Of a stretch of DNA of 64,000 bases, positions 1 to 15,052 are shown piece by piece (position 1 is the first letter of the stretch; each line of letters starts with the position of its first letter). The notes beneath the pieces were generated by a model. It saw only the letters and a list, made by a program, of their open reading frames with translations, made no database searches and had not been told where the DNA came from. This DNA is from Eledone cirrhosa (lineage: Eukaryota): assembly GCA_964016885.1 (NCBI GenBank), contig OZ024744.1, positions 135,656,001 through 135,720,000 on the forward strand, in the 5' to 3' direction. A program made the translations under genes and the position numbers.

Positions 1-3000
1 CCATTCCATTACCATATTTCTAATGAAAGACACTGTCTATGTCATTAACACTTTCATTACCATATTTCTAATGAAAGACACTATGTCATTAACCCTTTCA
101 TTACCATATATCTAATGAAAGACACTGTCTATGTCATTAACCCTTTTATTACAATATTTGTAATGAAAGAGACTGCCTATGTCATTAACCCTTTCATTAC
201 CATATTTCTAATGAAAGACACTGTCTATGACATTAACCCTTTCATTACCATATTTCTAATGTAACCATTCCATTACCATATTTAACCATTCCATAACCAT
301 ATTTCTAATGAAAGACACTGTCTAAGTCATTAACCCTTTCATTACCACATTTCTAATCAAAAACACTATGTCATTAACCCTTTCATTAACATATTTCTAA
401 CGAAAGACACTGTTTATGTCATTAGCCCTTTCATTAGCATATTTCTAATGAAAGACACTATTTATGTCATTAACCCTTTCATTACTATATTTCTAATGAA
501 AAACACTATGTCATTAACCCTTACGTTACCATATTTCTAATGAAAGACACTGTCTTTGTCATTAACCCTTTCATTACCATATTTCTAATGAAAAACACTA
601 TGTCATTAACCCTTTCATTACCATATATCTAATGAAAGACACTGTTTATGTCATTAACTCTTTCATTACCATATTTCTAATGAAAGACACTGTCTATGTC
701 AACCCTTTCATTACCATATTTCTAATGAAAGACACTGTCTATGTCATTAACCCTTTCATTACCATATTTCTAATGAAAGACTCTATGTCATTAACCCTTT
801 CATTACCATATATCTAATGAAAGACACTGTCTATGTCATTAACCCTTTCATTACCATATTTGTAATGAAAGACTGTCTAAGTCATTAACCCTTTCATTAC
901 CATATTTCTAATGAAAGACACTATGTCATTAACCCTTTCATTACCATATATCTAATGAAAGACACTGTTTATGTCATTAACCCTTTCATTACCATATTTC
1001 TAATGAAAGACACTGTCTATGTCATTAACCCTTTCATTACCATATATCTAATGAAAGACACTGTCTATGTCATTAACCCTTTCATTACCATATTTGTAAT
1101 GAAAGAGACTGCCTATGTCACTAACCCTTTCATTACCATATTTCTAATGAAAGACACTGTCTATGTCATTAACCCTTTCATTACCATATTTGTAATGAAA
1201 GACTGTCTAAGTCATTAACCCTTTCATTACCACATTTCTAACGAAAGAAACTGTTTATGTCATTAGCACTTTCATTACCATGTTCTAATGAAAAACACTA
1301 TGTCATTAACCCTTTCATTACCATATTTCTAATGAAAGACACTGTCTATGCCATTAACCCTTTCATTACCATATTTCTAATGTAACCATTCCATTACCAT
1401 ATTTAACCATTCCATTACCATATTTCTAATGAAAGACACTGTCTATGTCATTAACACTTTCATTACAATATTTCTAATGAAAGACACTATGTCATTAACC
1501 CTTTCATTACCATATATCTAATGAAAGACACTGTCTATGTCATTAACCCTTTTATTACCATATTTGTAATGAAAGAGACTGCCTATGTCATTAACCCTTT
1601 CATTACCATATTTCTAATGAAAGACACTGTTTATGTCATTAACCCTTTCATTACCATATTTCTAATGAAAGACACTGTCTATGTCATTAAACCTTTCATT
1701 ACCATATTTCTAATGAAAGACCCTGTCTATGTCATTAACCCTTTCACTACCATATTTCTAATGAAAGACACTGTCTATGTCATTAACCCTTTCATTACCA
1801 TATTTCTAATGAAAGACACTGTCTATGTCATTATCCGTTTCATTACCATATTTCTAATCAAAAACACTATGTCATTAACCCTTTCATTACTATATTTCTA
1901 ACGAAAGACACTGTTTATGTCATTAGCCCTTTCATTACCATATTCTAATGAAAGACACTGTCTATGTCATTAACCCTTTCACTACCATATTTCTAATGAA
2001 AGATAGTCTATGTCTTTAACCCTTTCATTACCATATTTCTAATGAAAGACACTATGTCATTAACCCTTTCATTAACATATATCTAATGAAAGACTGTCTA
2101 AGTCATTAACCCTTTCATTACCATATTTCTAATGTAACCATTCCATTACCATATTTAACCATTCCATTACCATATTTCTAATGAAAGACACTGTCCATGT
2201 CATTAACCCTTTCATTAACATATTTCTAATGAAAGACCCTGTCTATGTCATTAATCCTTACATTACCATATCTCTAATGAAAGACCCTGTCTATGTCATT
2301 AACCCTTACATTACCATATAACTAATCAAAAACACTATGTCATTAACCCTTTCATTACCATATTTCTAATCAAAAACACTATGTCATTAACCCTTTCATT
2401 ACCATATTTCTAATGAAAGACACTGTCTATGTCATTAACCCTTTCATTACCATATTTCTAATCAAAAACACTATGTCATTAACACTTTCATTACCATATT
2501 TCTAACGAAAGACACTGTTTATGTCATTAGCCCTTTCATTTACCATATTTCTAATGAAAGACAGTGTCTATGTCATTAACACTTTCATTACCATATTTCT
2601 AATGAAAGACACTGTCTATGACATTAACCCTTTCATTACCATATTTCTAATGTAACCATTCCATTACCATATTTAACCATTCCATAACCATATTTCTAAT
2701 GAAAGACACTGTCTAAGTCATTAACCCTTTCATTACCACATTTCTAATCAAAAACACTATGTCATTAACCCTTTCATTAACATATTTCTAACGAAAGACA
2801 CTGTTTATGTCATTAGCCCTTTCATTAGCATATTTCTAATGAAAGACACTATTTATGTCATTAACCCTTTCATTACTATATTTCTAATGAAAAACACTAT
2901 GTCATTAACCCTTACATTACCATATTTCTAATGAAAGACACTGTCTATGTCATTAACCCTTTCATTACCATATTTCTAATGAAAAACACTATGTCATTAA

Positions 3001-6000
3001 CCCTTTCATTACCATATATCTAATGAAAGACACTGTTTATGTCATTAACCCTTTCATTACCATATTTCTAATGAAAGACACTGTCTATGTCAACCCTTTC
3101 ATTACCATATTTCTAATGAAAGACACTGTCTATGTCATTAACCCTTTCATTACCATCTTTCTAATGAAAGACTCTATGTCATTAACCCTTTCATTACCAT
3201 ATATCTAATGAAAGACACTGTCTATGTCATTAACCCTTTCATTACCATATTTGTAATGAAAGACTGTCTAAGTCATTAACCCTTTCATTACCATATTTCT
3301 AATGAAAGACACTATGTCATTAACCCTTTCATTACCATATATCTAATGAAAGACACTGTTTATGTCATTAACCCTTTCATTACCATATTTCTAATGAAAG
3401 ACACTGTCTATGTCATTAACCCTTTCATTACCATATATCTAATGAAAGACACTGTCTATGTCATTAACCCTTTCATTACCATATTTGTAATGAAAGAGAC
3501 TGCCTATGTCACTAACCCTTTCATTACCATATTTCTAATGAAAGACACTGTCTATGTCATTAACCCTTTCATTACCATATTTGTAATGAAAGACTGTCTA
3601 AGTCATTAACCCTTTCATTACCACATTTCTAACGAAAGAAACTGTTTATGTCATTAGCACTTTCATTACCATGTTCTAATGAAAAACACTATGTCATTAA
3701 CCCTTTCATTACCATATTTCTAATGAAAGACACTGTCTATGCCATTAACCCTTTCATTACCATATTTCTAATGTAACCATTCCATTACCATATTTAACCA
3801 TTCCATTACCATATTTCTAATGAAAGACACTGTCTATGTCATTAACACTTTCATTACCATATTTCTAATGAAAGACACTATGTCATTAACCCTTTCATTA
3901 CCATATATCTAATGAAAGACACTGTCTATGTCATTAACCCTTTTATTACCATATTTGTAATGAAAGAGACTGCCTATGTCATTAACCCTTTCATTACCAT
4001 ATTTCTAATGAAAGACACTGTTTATGTCATTAACCCTTTCATTACCATATTTCTAATGAAAGACACTGTCTATGTCATTAAACCTTTCATTACCATATTT
4101 CTAATGAAAGACCCTGTCTATGTCATTAACCCTTTCACTACCATATTTCTAATGAAAGACACTGTCTATGTCATTAACCCTTTCATTACCATATTTCTAA
4201 TGAAAGACACTGTCTATGTCATTAACCCTTTCACTACCATATTTCTAATGAAAGACACTGTCTATGTCATTAACCCTTTCATTACCATATTTCTAATGAA
4301 AGACACTGTCTATGTCATTATCCGTTTCATTACCATATTTCTAATCAAAAACACTATGTCATTAACCCTTTCATTACTATATTTCTAACGAAAGACACTG
4401 TTTATGTCATTAGCCCTTTCATTACCATATTCTAATGAAAGACACTGTCTATGTCATTAACCCTTTCACTACCATATTTCTAATGAAAGATAGTCTATGT
4501 CTTTAACCCTTTCATTACCATATTTCTAATGAAAGACACTATGTCATTAACCCTTTCATTAACATATATCTAATGAAAGACTGTCTAAGTCATTAACCCT
4601 TTCATTACCATATTTCTAATGTAACCATTCCATTACCATATTTAACCATTCCATTACCATATTTCTAATGAAAGACACTGTCCATGTCATTAACCCTTTC
4701 ATTAACATATTTCTAATGAAAGACCCTGTCTATGTCATTAATCCTTACATTACCATATCTCTAATGAAAGACCCTGTCTATGTCATTAACCCTTACATTA
4801 CCATATAACTAATCAAAAACACTATGTCATTAACCCTTTCATTACCATATTTCTAATCAAAAACACTATGTCATTAACCCTTTCATTACCATATTTCTAA
4901 TGAAAGACACTGTCTATGTCATTAACCCTTTCATTACCATATTTCTAATCAAAAACACTATGTCATTAACACTTTCATTACCATATTTCTAACGAAAGAC
5001 ACTGTTTATGTCATTAGCCCTTTCATTTACCATATTTCTAATGAAAGACAGTGTCTATGTCATTAACACTTTCATTACCATATTTCTAATGAAAGACACT
5101 GTCTATGACATTAACCCTTTCATTACCATATTTCTAATGTAACCATTCCATTACCATATTTAACCATTCCATAACCATATTTCTAATGAAAGACACTGTC
5201 TAAGTCATTAACCCTTTCATTACCACATTTCTAATCAAAAACACTATGTCATTAACCCTTTCATTAACATATTTCTAACGAAAGACACTGTTTATGTCAT
5301 TAGCCCTTTCATTAGCATATTTCTAATGAAAGACACTATTTATGTCATTAACCCTTTCATTACTATATTTCTGATGAAAGACACTGTCTATGTCATTAAC
5401 CCTTTCATTACCATATTCTAATGTAACCATTCCATTACCATATTTAACGATTCCATTACCATATTTCTAATGAAAGACACTATTTATGTCATTAACCCTT
5501 TCATTACTATATTTCTAATGAAAAACACTATGTCATTAACCCTTACATTACCATATTTCTAATGAAAGACACTGTCTATGTCATTAACCCTTTCATTACC
5601 ATATTTCTAATGAAAAACACTATGTCATTAACCCTTTCATTACCATATATCTAATGAAAGACACTGTTTATGTCATTAACCCTTTCATTACCATATTTCT
5701 AATGAAAGACACTGTCTATGTCAACCCTTTCATTACCATATTTCTAATGAAAGACACTGTCTATGTCATTAACCCTTTCATTACCATATATCTAATGAAA
5801 GACTGTCTAAGTCATTAACCCTTTCATTACCATATTTCTAATGAAAGACACTGTCTATGTCATTAACCCTTTCATTACCATATTTGTAATGAAAGACTGT
5901 CTAAGTCATTAACCCCTTCATTACCATATTTCTAATGAAAGACACTATGTCATTAACTCTTTCATTACCATATATCTAATGAAAGACACTGTTTATGTCA

Positions 6001-9000
6001 TTAACCCTTTCATTACCATATTTCTAATGAAAGACACTGTCTATGTCAACCCTTTCATTACCATATTTCTAATGAAAGACACTGTCTATGTTATTAACCC
6101 TTTCATTACCATATTTCTAATGAAAGACTCTATGTCATTAACCCTTTCATTACCATATATCTAATGAGAGACACTGTCTATGTCATTAACCCTTTCATTA
6201 CCATATTTGTAATGAAAGAGACTGCCTATGTCACTAACCCTTTCATTACCATATTTCTAATGAAAGACACTGTCTATGTCATTAACCCTTTCATTGCCAT
6301 ATTTCTAATGAAAGACACTATGTCATTAAACCTTTCATTAACATATATCTAATGAAAGACTGTCTAAGTCATTAACCCTTTCATTACCATATTTCTAATG
6401 AAAGACACTGTCTATGTCATTAACCCTTTCATTACCATATTTGTAATGAAAGACTGTCTAAGTCATTAATCCTTTCATTACCACATTTCTAACGAAAGAA
6501 ACTGTTTATGTCATTAGCCCTTTCATTACCATGTTCTAATGAAAAACACTATGTCATTAACCCTTTCATTACCATATTTCTAATGAAAGACACTGTCTAT
6601 GCCATTAACCCTTTCATTACCATATTTCTAATGAAAGACACTGTCTATGCCATTAACCCTTTCATTACCATATTTCTAATGTAACCATTCCATTACCATA
6701 TTTAACCATTCCATTACCATATTTCTAATGAAAGACACTGTCTATGTCATTAACACTTTCATTACCATATTTCTAATGAAAGACACTATGTCATTAACCC
6801 TTTAATTACCATATATCTAATGAAAGACACTGTCTATGTCATTAACCCTTTTATTACAATATTTGTAATGAAAGAGACTGCCTATGTCATTAACCCTTTC
6901 ATTACCATATTTCTAATGAAAGACACTGTTTATGTCATTAACCCTTTCATTACCATATTTCTAATGAAAGACCCTGTCTATGTCATTAACCCTTTCACTA
7001 CCATATTTCTAATGAAAGACACTGTCTATGTCATTAACCCTTTCATTACCATATTTCTAACGAAAGACACTGTTTATGTCATTAGCCCTTTCATTACCAT
7101 ATTCTAATGAAAGACACTGTCTATGTCATTAACCCTTTCACTACCATATTTCTAATGAAAGATAGTCTATGTCTTTAACCCTTTCATTACCATATTTCTA
7201 ATGAAAGACACTATGTCATTAACCCTCTCATTTACCATATTTCTGATGAAAGACACTGTCTATGTCATTAACCCTTTCATTACCATATTCTAATGTAACC
7301 ATTCCATTACCATATTTAACGATTCCATTACCATATTTCTAATGAAAGACACTGTCCATGTCATTAACCCTTTCATTAACATATTTCTAATGAAAGACCC
7401 TGTCTATGTCATTAATCCTTAAATTAACATATTTCTAATGAAAGACCCTGTCTATGTCATTAACCCTTACATTACCATATATCTAATCAAAAACACTATG
7501 TCATTAACACTTTCACTACCATATTTCTAATCAAAAACACTATGTCATTAACCCTTTCATTACCATATTTCTAATGAAAGACACTGTCTATGTCATTAAC
7601 CCTTTCATTACCATATTTCTAATCAAAAACACTATGTCATTAACCCTTTCATTACCATATTTCTAACGAAAGACACTGTTTATGTCATTAGCCCTTTCAT
7701 TTACCATATTTCTAATGAAAGACAGTGTCTATGTCATTAACCCTTTCATTACCATATTTCTAATGTAACCATTCCATTACCATATTTAACCATTCCATAA
7801 CCATATTTCTAATGAAAGACACTGTCTAAGTCATTAACCCTTTCATTACCACATTTCTAATCAAAAACACTATGTCATTAACCCTTTCATTAACATATTT
7901 CTAACGAAAGACACTGTTTATGTCATTAGCCCTTTCATTAGCATATTTCTAATGAAAGACACTATTTATGTCATTAACCCTTTCATTACTATATTTCTGA
8001 TGAAAGACACTGTCTATGTCATTAACCCTTTCATTACCATATTCTAATGTAACCATTCCATTACCATATTTAACGATTCCATTACCATATTTCTAATGAA
8101 AGACACTGTCCATGTCATTAACCCTTTCATTAACATATTTCTAATGAAAGACCCTGTCTATGTCATTAATCCTTAAATTAACATATTTCTAATGAAAGAC
8201 CCTGTCTATGTCATTAACCCTTACATTACCATATATCTAATCAAAAACACTATGTCATTAACACTTTCACTACCATATTTCTAATCAAAAACACTATGTC
8301 ATTAACCCTTTCATTACCATATTTCTAATGAAAGACACTGTCTATGTCATTAACCCTTTCATTACCATATTTCTAATCAAAAACACTATGTCATTAACCC
8401 TTTCATTACCATATTTCTAACGAAAGACACTGTTTATGTCATTAGCCCTTTCATTTACCATATTTCTAATGAAAGACAGTGTCTATGTCATTAACCCTTT
8501 CATTACCATATTTCTAATGTAACCATTCCATTACCATATTTAACCATTCCATAACCATATTTCTAATGAAAGACACTGTCTAAGTCATTAACCCTTTCAT
8601 TACCACATTTCTAATCAAAAACACTATGTCATTAACCCTTTCATTAACATATTTCTAACGAAAGACACTGTTTATGTCATTAGCCCTTTCATTAGCATAT
8701 TTCTAATGAAAGACACTATTTATGTCATTAACCCTTTCATTACTATATTTCTAATGAAAAACACTATGTCATTAACCCTTACATTACCATATTTCTAATG
8801 AAAGACACTGTCTTTGTCATTAACCCTTTCATTACCATATTTCTAATGAAAAACACTATGTCATTAACCCTTTCATTACCATATATCTAATGAAAGACAC
8901 TGTTTATGTCATTAACCCTTTCATTACCATATTTCTAATGAAAGACACTGTCTATGTCAACCCTTTCATTACCATATTTCTAATGAAAGACACTGTCTAT

Positions 9001-12000
9001 GTCATTAACCCTTTCATTACCATCTTTCTAATGAAAGACTCTATGTCATTAACCCTTTCATTACCATATATCTAATGAAAGACACTGTCTATGTCATTAA
9101 CCCTTTCATTACCATATTTGTAATGAAAGACTGTCTAAGTCATTAACCCTTTCATTACCATATTTCTAATGAAAGACACTATGTCATTAACCCTTTCATT
9201 ACCATATATCTAATGAAAGACACTGTTTATGTCATTAACCCTTTCATTACCATATTTCTAATGAAAGACACTGTCTATGTCATTAACCCTTTCATTACCA
9301 TATATCTAATGAAAGACACTGTCTATGTCATTAACCCTTTCATTACCATATTTGTAATGAAAGAGACTGCCTATGTCACTAACCCTTTCATTACCATATT
9401 TCTAATGAAAGACACTGTCTATGTCATTAACCCTTTCATTACCATATTTGTAATGAAAGACTGTCTAAGTCATTAACCCTTTCATTACCACATTTCTAAC
9501 GAAAGAAACTGTTTATGTCATTAGCACTTTCATTACCATGTTCTAATGAAAAACACTATGTCATTAACCCTTTCATTACCATATTTCTAATGAAAGACAC
9601 TGTCTATGCCATTAACCCTTTCATTACCATATTTCTAATGAAAGACACTGTCTATGCCATTAACCCTTTCATTACCATATTTCTAATGTAACCATTCCAT
9701 TACCATATTTAACCATTCCATTACCATATTTCTAATGAAAGACACTGTCTATGTCATTAACACTTTCATTACCATATTTCTAATGAAAGACACTATGTCA
9801 TTAACCCTTTCATTACCATATATCTAATGAAAGACACTGTCTATGTCATTAACCCTTTTATTACCATATTTGTAATGAAAGAGACTGCCTATGTCATTAA
9901 CCCTTTCATTACCATATTTCTAATGAAAGACACTGTTTATGTCATTAACCCTTTCATTACCATATTTCTAATGAAAGACACTGTCTATGTCATTAAACCT
10001 TTCATTACCATATCTCTAATGAAAGACCCTGTCTATGTCATTAACCCTTTCACTACCATATTTCTAATGAAAGACACTGTCTATGTCATTAACCCTTTCA
10101 TTACCATATTTCTAATGAAAGACACTGTCTATGTCATTAACCCTTTCACTACCATATTTCTAATGAAAGACACTGTCTATGTCATTAACCCTTTCATTAC
10201 CATATTTCTAATGAAAGACACTGTCTATGTCATTAACCCTTTCACTACCATATTTCTAATGAAAGATAGTCTATGTCTTTAACCCTTTCATTACCATATT
10301 TCTAATGAAAGACACTATGTCATTAACCCTTTCATTAACATATATCTAATGAAAGACTGTCTAAGTCATTAACCCTTTCATTACCATATTTCTAATGTAA
10401 CCATTCCATTACCATATTTAACCATTCCATTACCATATTTCTAATGAAAGACACTGTCCATGTCATTAACCCTTTCATTAACATATTTCTAATGAAAGAC
10501 CCTGTGTATGTCATTAATCCTTACATTACCATATCTCTAATGAAAGACCCTGTCTATGTCATTAACCCTTACATTACCATATAACTAATCAAAAACACTA
10601 TGTCATTAACCCTTTCATTACCATATTTCTAATCAAAAACACTATGTCATTAACCCTTTCATTACCATATTTCTAATGAAAGACACTGTCTATGTCATTA
10701 ACCCTTTCATTACCATATTTCTAATCAAAAACACTATGTCATTAACCCTTTCATTACCATATTTCTAACGAAAGACACTGTTTATGTCATTAGCCCTTTC
10801 ATTTACCATATTTCTAATGAAAGACAGTGTCTATGTCATTAACACTTTCATTACCATATTTCTAATGAAAGACACTGTCTATGACATTAACCCTTTCATT
10901 ACCATATTTCTAATGTAACCATTCCATTACCATATTTAACCATTCCATAACCATATTTCTAATGAAAGACACTGTCTAAGTCATTAACCCTTTCATTACC
11001 ACATTTCTAATCAAAAACACTATGTCATTAACCCTTTCATTAATATATTTCTAACGAAAGACACTGTTTATGTCATTAGCCATTTCATTAGCATATTTCT
11101 AATGAAGGACACTATTTATGTCATTAACCCTTTCATTACTAAATTTCTAATGAAAAACACTATGTCATTAACCCTTACATTACCATATTTCTAATGAAAG
11201 ACACTGTCTATGTCATTAACCCTTTCATTACCATATTTCTAATGAAAAACACTATGTCATTAACCCTTTCATTACCATATATCTAATGAAAGACACTGTT
11301 TATGTCATTAACCCTTTCATTACCATATTTCTAATGAAAGACACTGTCTATGTCAACCCTTTCATTACCATATTTCTAATGAAAGACACTGTCTATGTCA
11401 TTAACCCTTTCATTACCATATATCTAATTAAAGACTGTCTACGTCATTAACCCTTTCATTACCATATTTCTAATGAAAGACACTGTCTATGTCATTAACC
11501 CTTTCATTACCATATTTGTAATGAAAGACTGTCTAAGTCATTAACCCTTTCATTACCATATTTCTAATGAAAGACACTATGTCATTAACCCTTTCATTAC
11601 CATATATCTAATGAAAGACACTGTTTATGTCATTAACCCTTTCATTACCATATTTCTAATGAAAGACACTGTCTATGTCAACCCTTTCATTACCATATTT
11701 CTAATGAAAGACACTGTCTATGTCATTAACCCTTTCATTACCATATTTGTAATGAAAGAGACTGCCTATGTCACTAACCCTTTCATTACCATATTTCTAA
11801 AGAAAGACACTGTCTATGTCATTAACCCTTTCATTGCCATATTTCTAATGAAAGACACTATGTCATTAACCCTTTCATTAACATATATCTAATGAAAGAC
11901 TGTCTAAGTCATTAACCCTTTCATTACCATATTTCTAATGAAAGACACTGTCTATGTCATTAACCCTTTCATTACCATATTTGTAATGAAAGACTGTCTA

Positions 12001-13375
12001 AGTCATTAACCCTTTCATTACCACATTTCTAACGAAAGAAACTGTTTATGTCATTAGCCCTTTCATTACCATGTTCTAATGAAAAACACTATGTCATTAA
12101 CCCTTTCATTACCATATTTCTAATGAAAGACACTGTCTATGCCATTAACCCTTTCATTACCATATTTCTAATGAAAGACACTGTCTATGCCATTAACCCT
12201 TTCATTACCATATTTCTAATGTAACCATTCCATTACCATATTTAACCATTCCATTACCATATTTCTAATGAAAGACACTGTCTATGTCATTAACACTTTC
12301 ATTACCATATTTCTAATGAAAGACACTATGTCATTAACCCTTTCATTACCATATATCTAATGAAAGACACTGTCTATGTCATTAACCCTTTTATTACCAT
12401 ATTTGTAATGAAAGAGACTGCCTATGTCATTAACCCTTTCATTACCATATTTCTAATGAAAGACACTGTTTATGTCATTAACCCTTTCATTACCATATTT
12501 CTAATGAAAGACCCTGTCTATGTCATTAACCCTTTCACTACCATATTTCTAATGAAAGACACTGTCTATGTCATTAACCCTTTCATTACCATATTTCTAA
12601 TGAAAGACACTGTCTATGTCATTATCCGTTTCATTACCATATTTCTAATCAAAAACACTATGTCATTAACCCTTTCATTACTATATTTCTAACGAAAGAC
12701 ACTGTTTATGTCATTAGCCCTTTCATTACCATATTTCTAATGAAAGACACTGTCTATGTCATTAACCCTTACATTACCATATTTCTAATGAAAGACACTG
12801 TCTATGTCATTAACCCTTTCACTACCATATTTCTAATGAAAGACAGTCTATGTCTTTAACCCTTTCATTACCATATTTCTAATGAAAGACACTATGTCAT
12901 TATCACTTTCATTTACCATATTTCTAATGAAAGACAGTGTCTATGTCATTGACCCTTTCATTACCATATTTCTAATGAAAGACACTGTCTATGTCATTAA
13001 CCCTTTCATTACCATATTTCTTATGAAAGACACTGTCTATGACATTAACCCTTTCATTACCATATTTCTAACGTAACCATTCCATTACCATATTTAACCA
13101 TTCCATTACCATATTTCTAATGAAAGACACTGTCTATGTCATTAACCCTTTTATTACCATATTTCTAATGAAAGACACTGTCTATGTCATTAACCCTTTC
13201 ATTACCATATTTCTAATGAAAGACACTGCCTATGTCATTAACCCTTTCATTACCATATATCTAATGAAAGACACTGTCTATGTCATTAACCCTTTCATTA
13301 CCATATTTCTAATTAAAGACACTGTCTATGTCATTAACCTTTTCCTTACCATATTTCAAATGAAAGACACTATGT
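1..13375. repeat. Satellite array, ~48-bp monomer (ATGAAAGACACTGTCTATGTCATTAACCCTTTCATTACCATATTTCTA) with shorter variants and ~2.4-2.9 kb higher-order repeats
   Basis: Continuous tandem array from the window start. The same variant order recurs at 632/3023, 955/3346 and 1521/3912 (offset 2391) and again near 5979, 8890 and 11611. Confidence 0.97.
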
Positions 13376-13659
13376 TTTTCAAATAATTTTGAAAATAATC
13401 AAGAATTTGGAGGGATTTAATATAACTAACTTTGTCATTTGTAAATTGGAGTCTAGAACATACCAAAATAATTAGACATAGTTTAAATTTAAATACAAAC
13501 ATTTTAACATAAACAATTTTATATGATAGAACCAGGGGTGTTTGGAACAACTTAACAAAGGTTCTTACATAAAATTATGATGGAAAGTTTTTCAATAAAT
13601 ATAAACACTTTAACATATACTGCTTTGTATCATAGAACCAGAATGAGGTTTGTTGTTTG

Positions 13660-14560
13660 AGAATCACTCTAGGTGGAGCTGCTACTTCTCTGAATTGGGA
13701 GATCACAGCTCTGATACTATGGACATGTGGTTAGAATGTCTCAGGAAAGAATCTCTGAATTGGGAGATCACAGCTCTGATACTATGGACATGTGGTTAGA
13801 ATGTCTCAGGAAAGAATCCCTGAATTGAGAGATCACAGCTCTGATACTATGACATGTGGTTAGAAGGTCTCAGGAAAGAATCTCTGAATTGAGATATCAT
13901 AGCTCTGATACTATGACATGTGGTTAGAATGTCTCAGGAAAGAATCTCTAAATTGAGAGATCACAGCTCTGATACTATGACATGTGGTTATAATGTCTCA
14001 GGAAAGAATCTCTAAATTGAGAGATCACAGCTCTGATACTATGACATGTGGTTAGAATGTCTCAGGAAAGAATCTCTAAATTGAGAGATCACAGCTCTGA
14101 TACTATGACATGTGGTTAGAATGTCTCAGGAAAGAATCTCTGAATCGAGAGATCACAGCTCTGATACTATGACATGTGGTTAGAATGTCTCAGGAAAGAA
14201 TCTCTGAATCGAGAGATCATAGCACTGATACTATGACATGTGGTTAGAATGTCTCAGGAAAGAATCTCTGAATTGAGATATCACAGCTCTGATACTATGA
14301 CATGTGGTTAGAATGTCTCAGGAAAGAATCTCTGGACAGATTTTACAGGCAAAACCAACTGGTAGGAAACCCAGAAGTAGACACTTGGCTGGTCTCACTT
14401 AGAGATCCAGCTGGATCATTTGGAGACTGTTGCTTCTGACAGGACCTGCTGGAAGAAGTGTTTGAGGAGTCTGGCTCCACGACCCTCTCGGGAATAAGTG
14501 GGAAAAGAAAAAGAAGAAAAGAAAAATAATAATAAGAAGAAAAAGAAGAAAAAGAAGACC
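13660..14560 (+). mobile_element. Decayed 3' fragment of an RTE-like LINE containing an internal 64-bp minisatellite
   Basis: Reads RSQL*YYGHVVRMSQERI...QILQAKPTGRKPRSR, resembling the RTE C-terminal 'QLRWYGHV.RM...GRP' motif, then an AAG-rich tail. A similar tail lies at ~26560-26632. Confidence 0.65.
13688..14334. repeat. 64-bp minisatellite, ~10 copies
   Basis: Unit TCTCTGAATTGAGAGATCACAGCTCTGATACTATGACATGTGGTTAGAATGTCTCAGGAAAGAA repeated in tandem. Confidence 0.95.
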
Positions 14561-14596
14561 ACCACCAACAACAACATGAAAAAAAAACATACTTAC

Positions 14597-14731
14597 GGGA
14601 TGAGCCAAAAATGGTACAACTTCTTGAATAAAATCATAAAGCATAATCTTTTGAATAAGGCCAAGTTCTACAAGGGATGAGAGTGCTCCCAATGATCTGT
14701 AAATTACAAACTCCTCACTGTCGCTAAGACC
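14597..14731 (-). CDS. PIK3R4: PIK3R4/VPS15 coding exon (135 nt, phase 0/0): GLSDSEEFVIYRSLGALSSLVELGLIQKIMLYDFIQEVVPFLAHP
   Basis: ttttag acceptor and gtaag donor. Matches the VPS15 HEAT region (human GLSDAEEFVI...LGLLQK...PFLCHP). Confidence 0.95.
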
Positions 14732-15052
14732 CTAAAATGGAGAAACAAATAGATAATAATAATAATAATAATGAAATTATTGTGTACAGTGCTCAGGTGC
14801 ACTACAACTCATCAAAGGTGCATGTATAGTACATAGAATAATGTAATGTACAAATGTCAGGAAAATAAACAGTGTATGAGTCATGATATAATAACAATAA
14901 CAATAATGAAATATTGTGTACAGTGCCCAGGTGCACCACAACTCATCAAAAAAGTGCATGTACAGTACATAGGGCAATGCACAAACATCAGTAAAATGAA
15001 CAGTGCACGAGTCATGATACACACATGTGTGCATGTGTATGGAAGGGGTACA

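Noticed and set aside
1-13375. CRISPR-like array or tandem hammerhead (CTAATGA/CTGATGA in the monomer)
   Set aside because: There are no unique spacers or cas genes and the context is eukaryotic. No GAAA follows a stem II in the required geometry.
632-13386. Repeated MKDTVYVINPFITIFL ORFs
   Set aside because: Translation of a 48-bp satellite; frames break wherever shorter monomers occur.
14399-14596. Hydrophobic C-terminal extension of the 97-aa ORF as a membrane-anchored VPS15 isoform
   Set aside because: It is read-through past a consensus gtaag donor into the reverse complement of an AAG-rich LINE tail; nothing supports intron retention.
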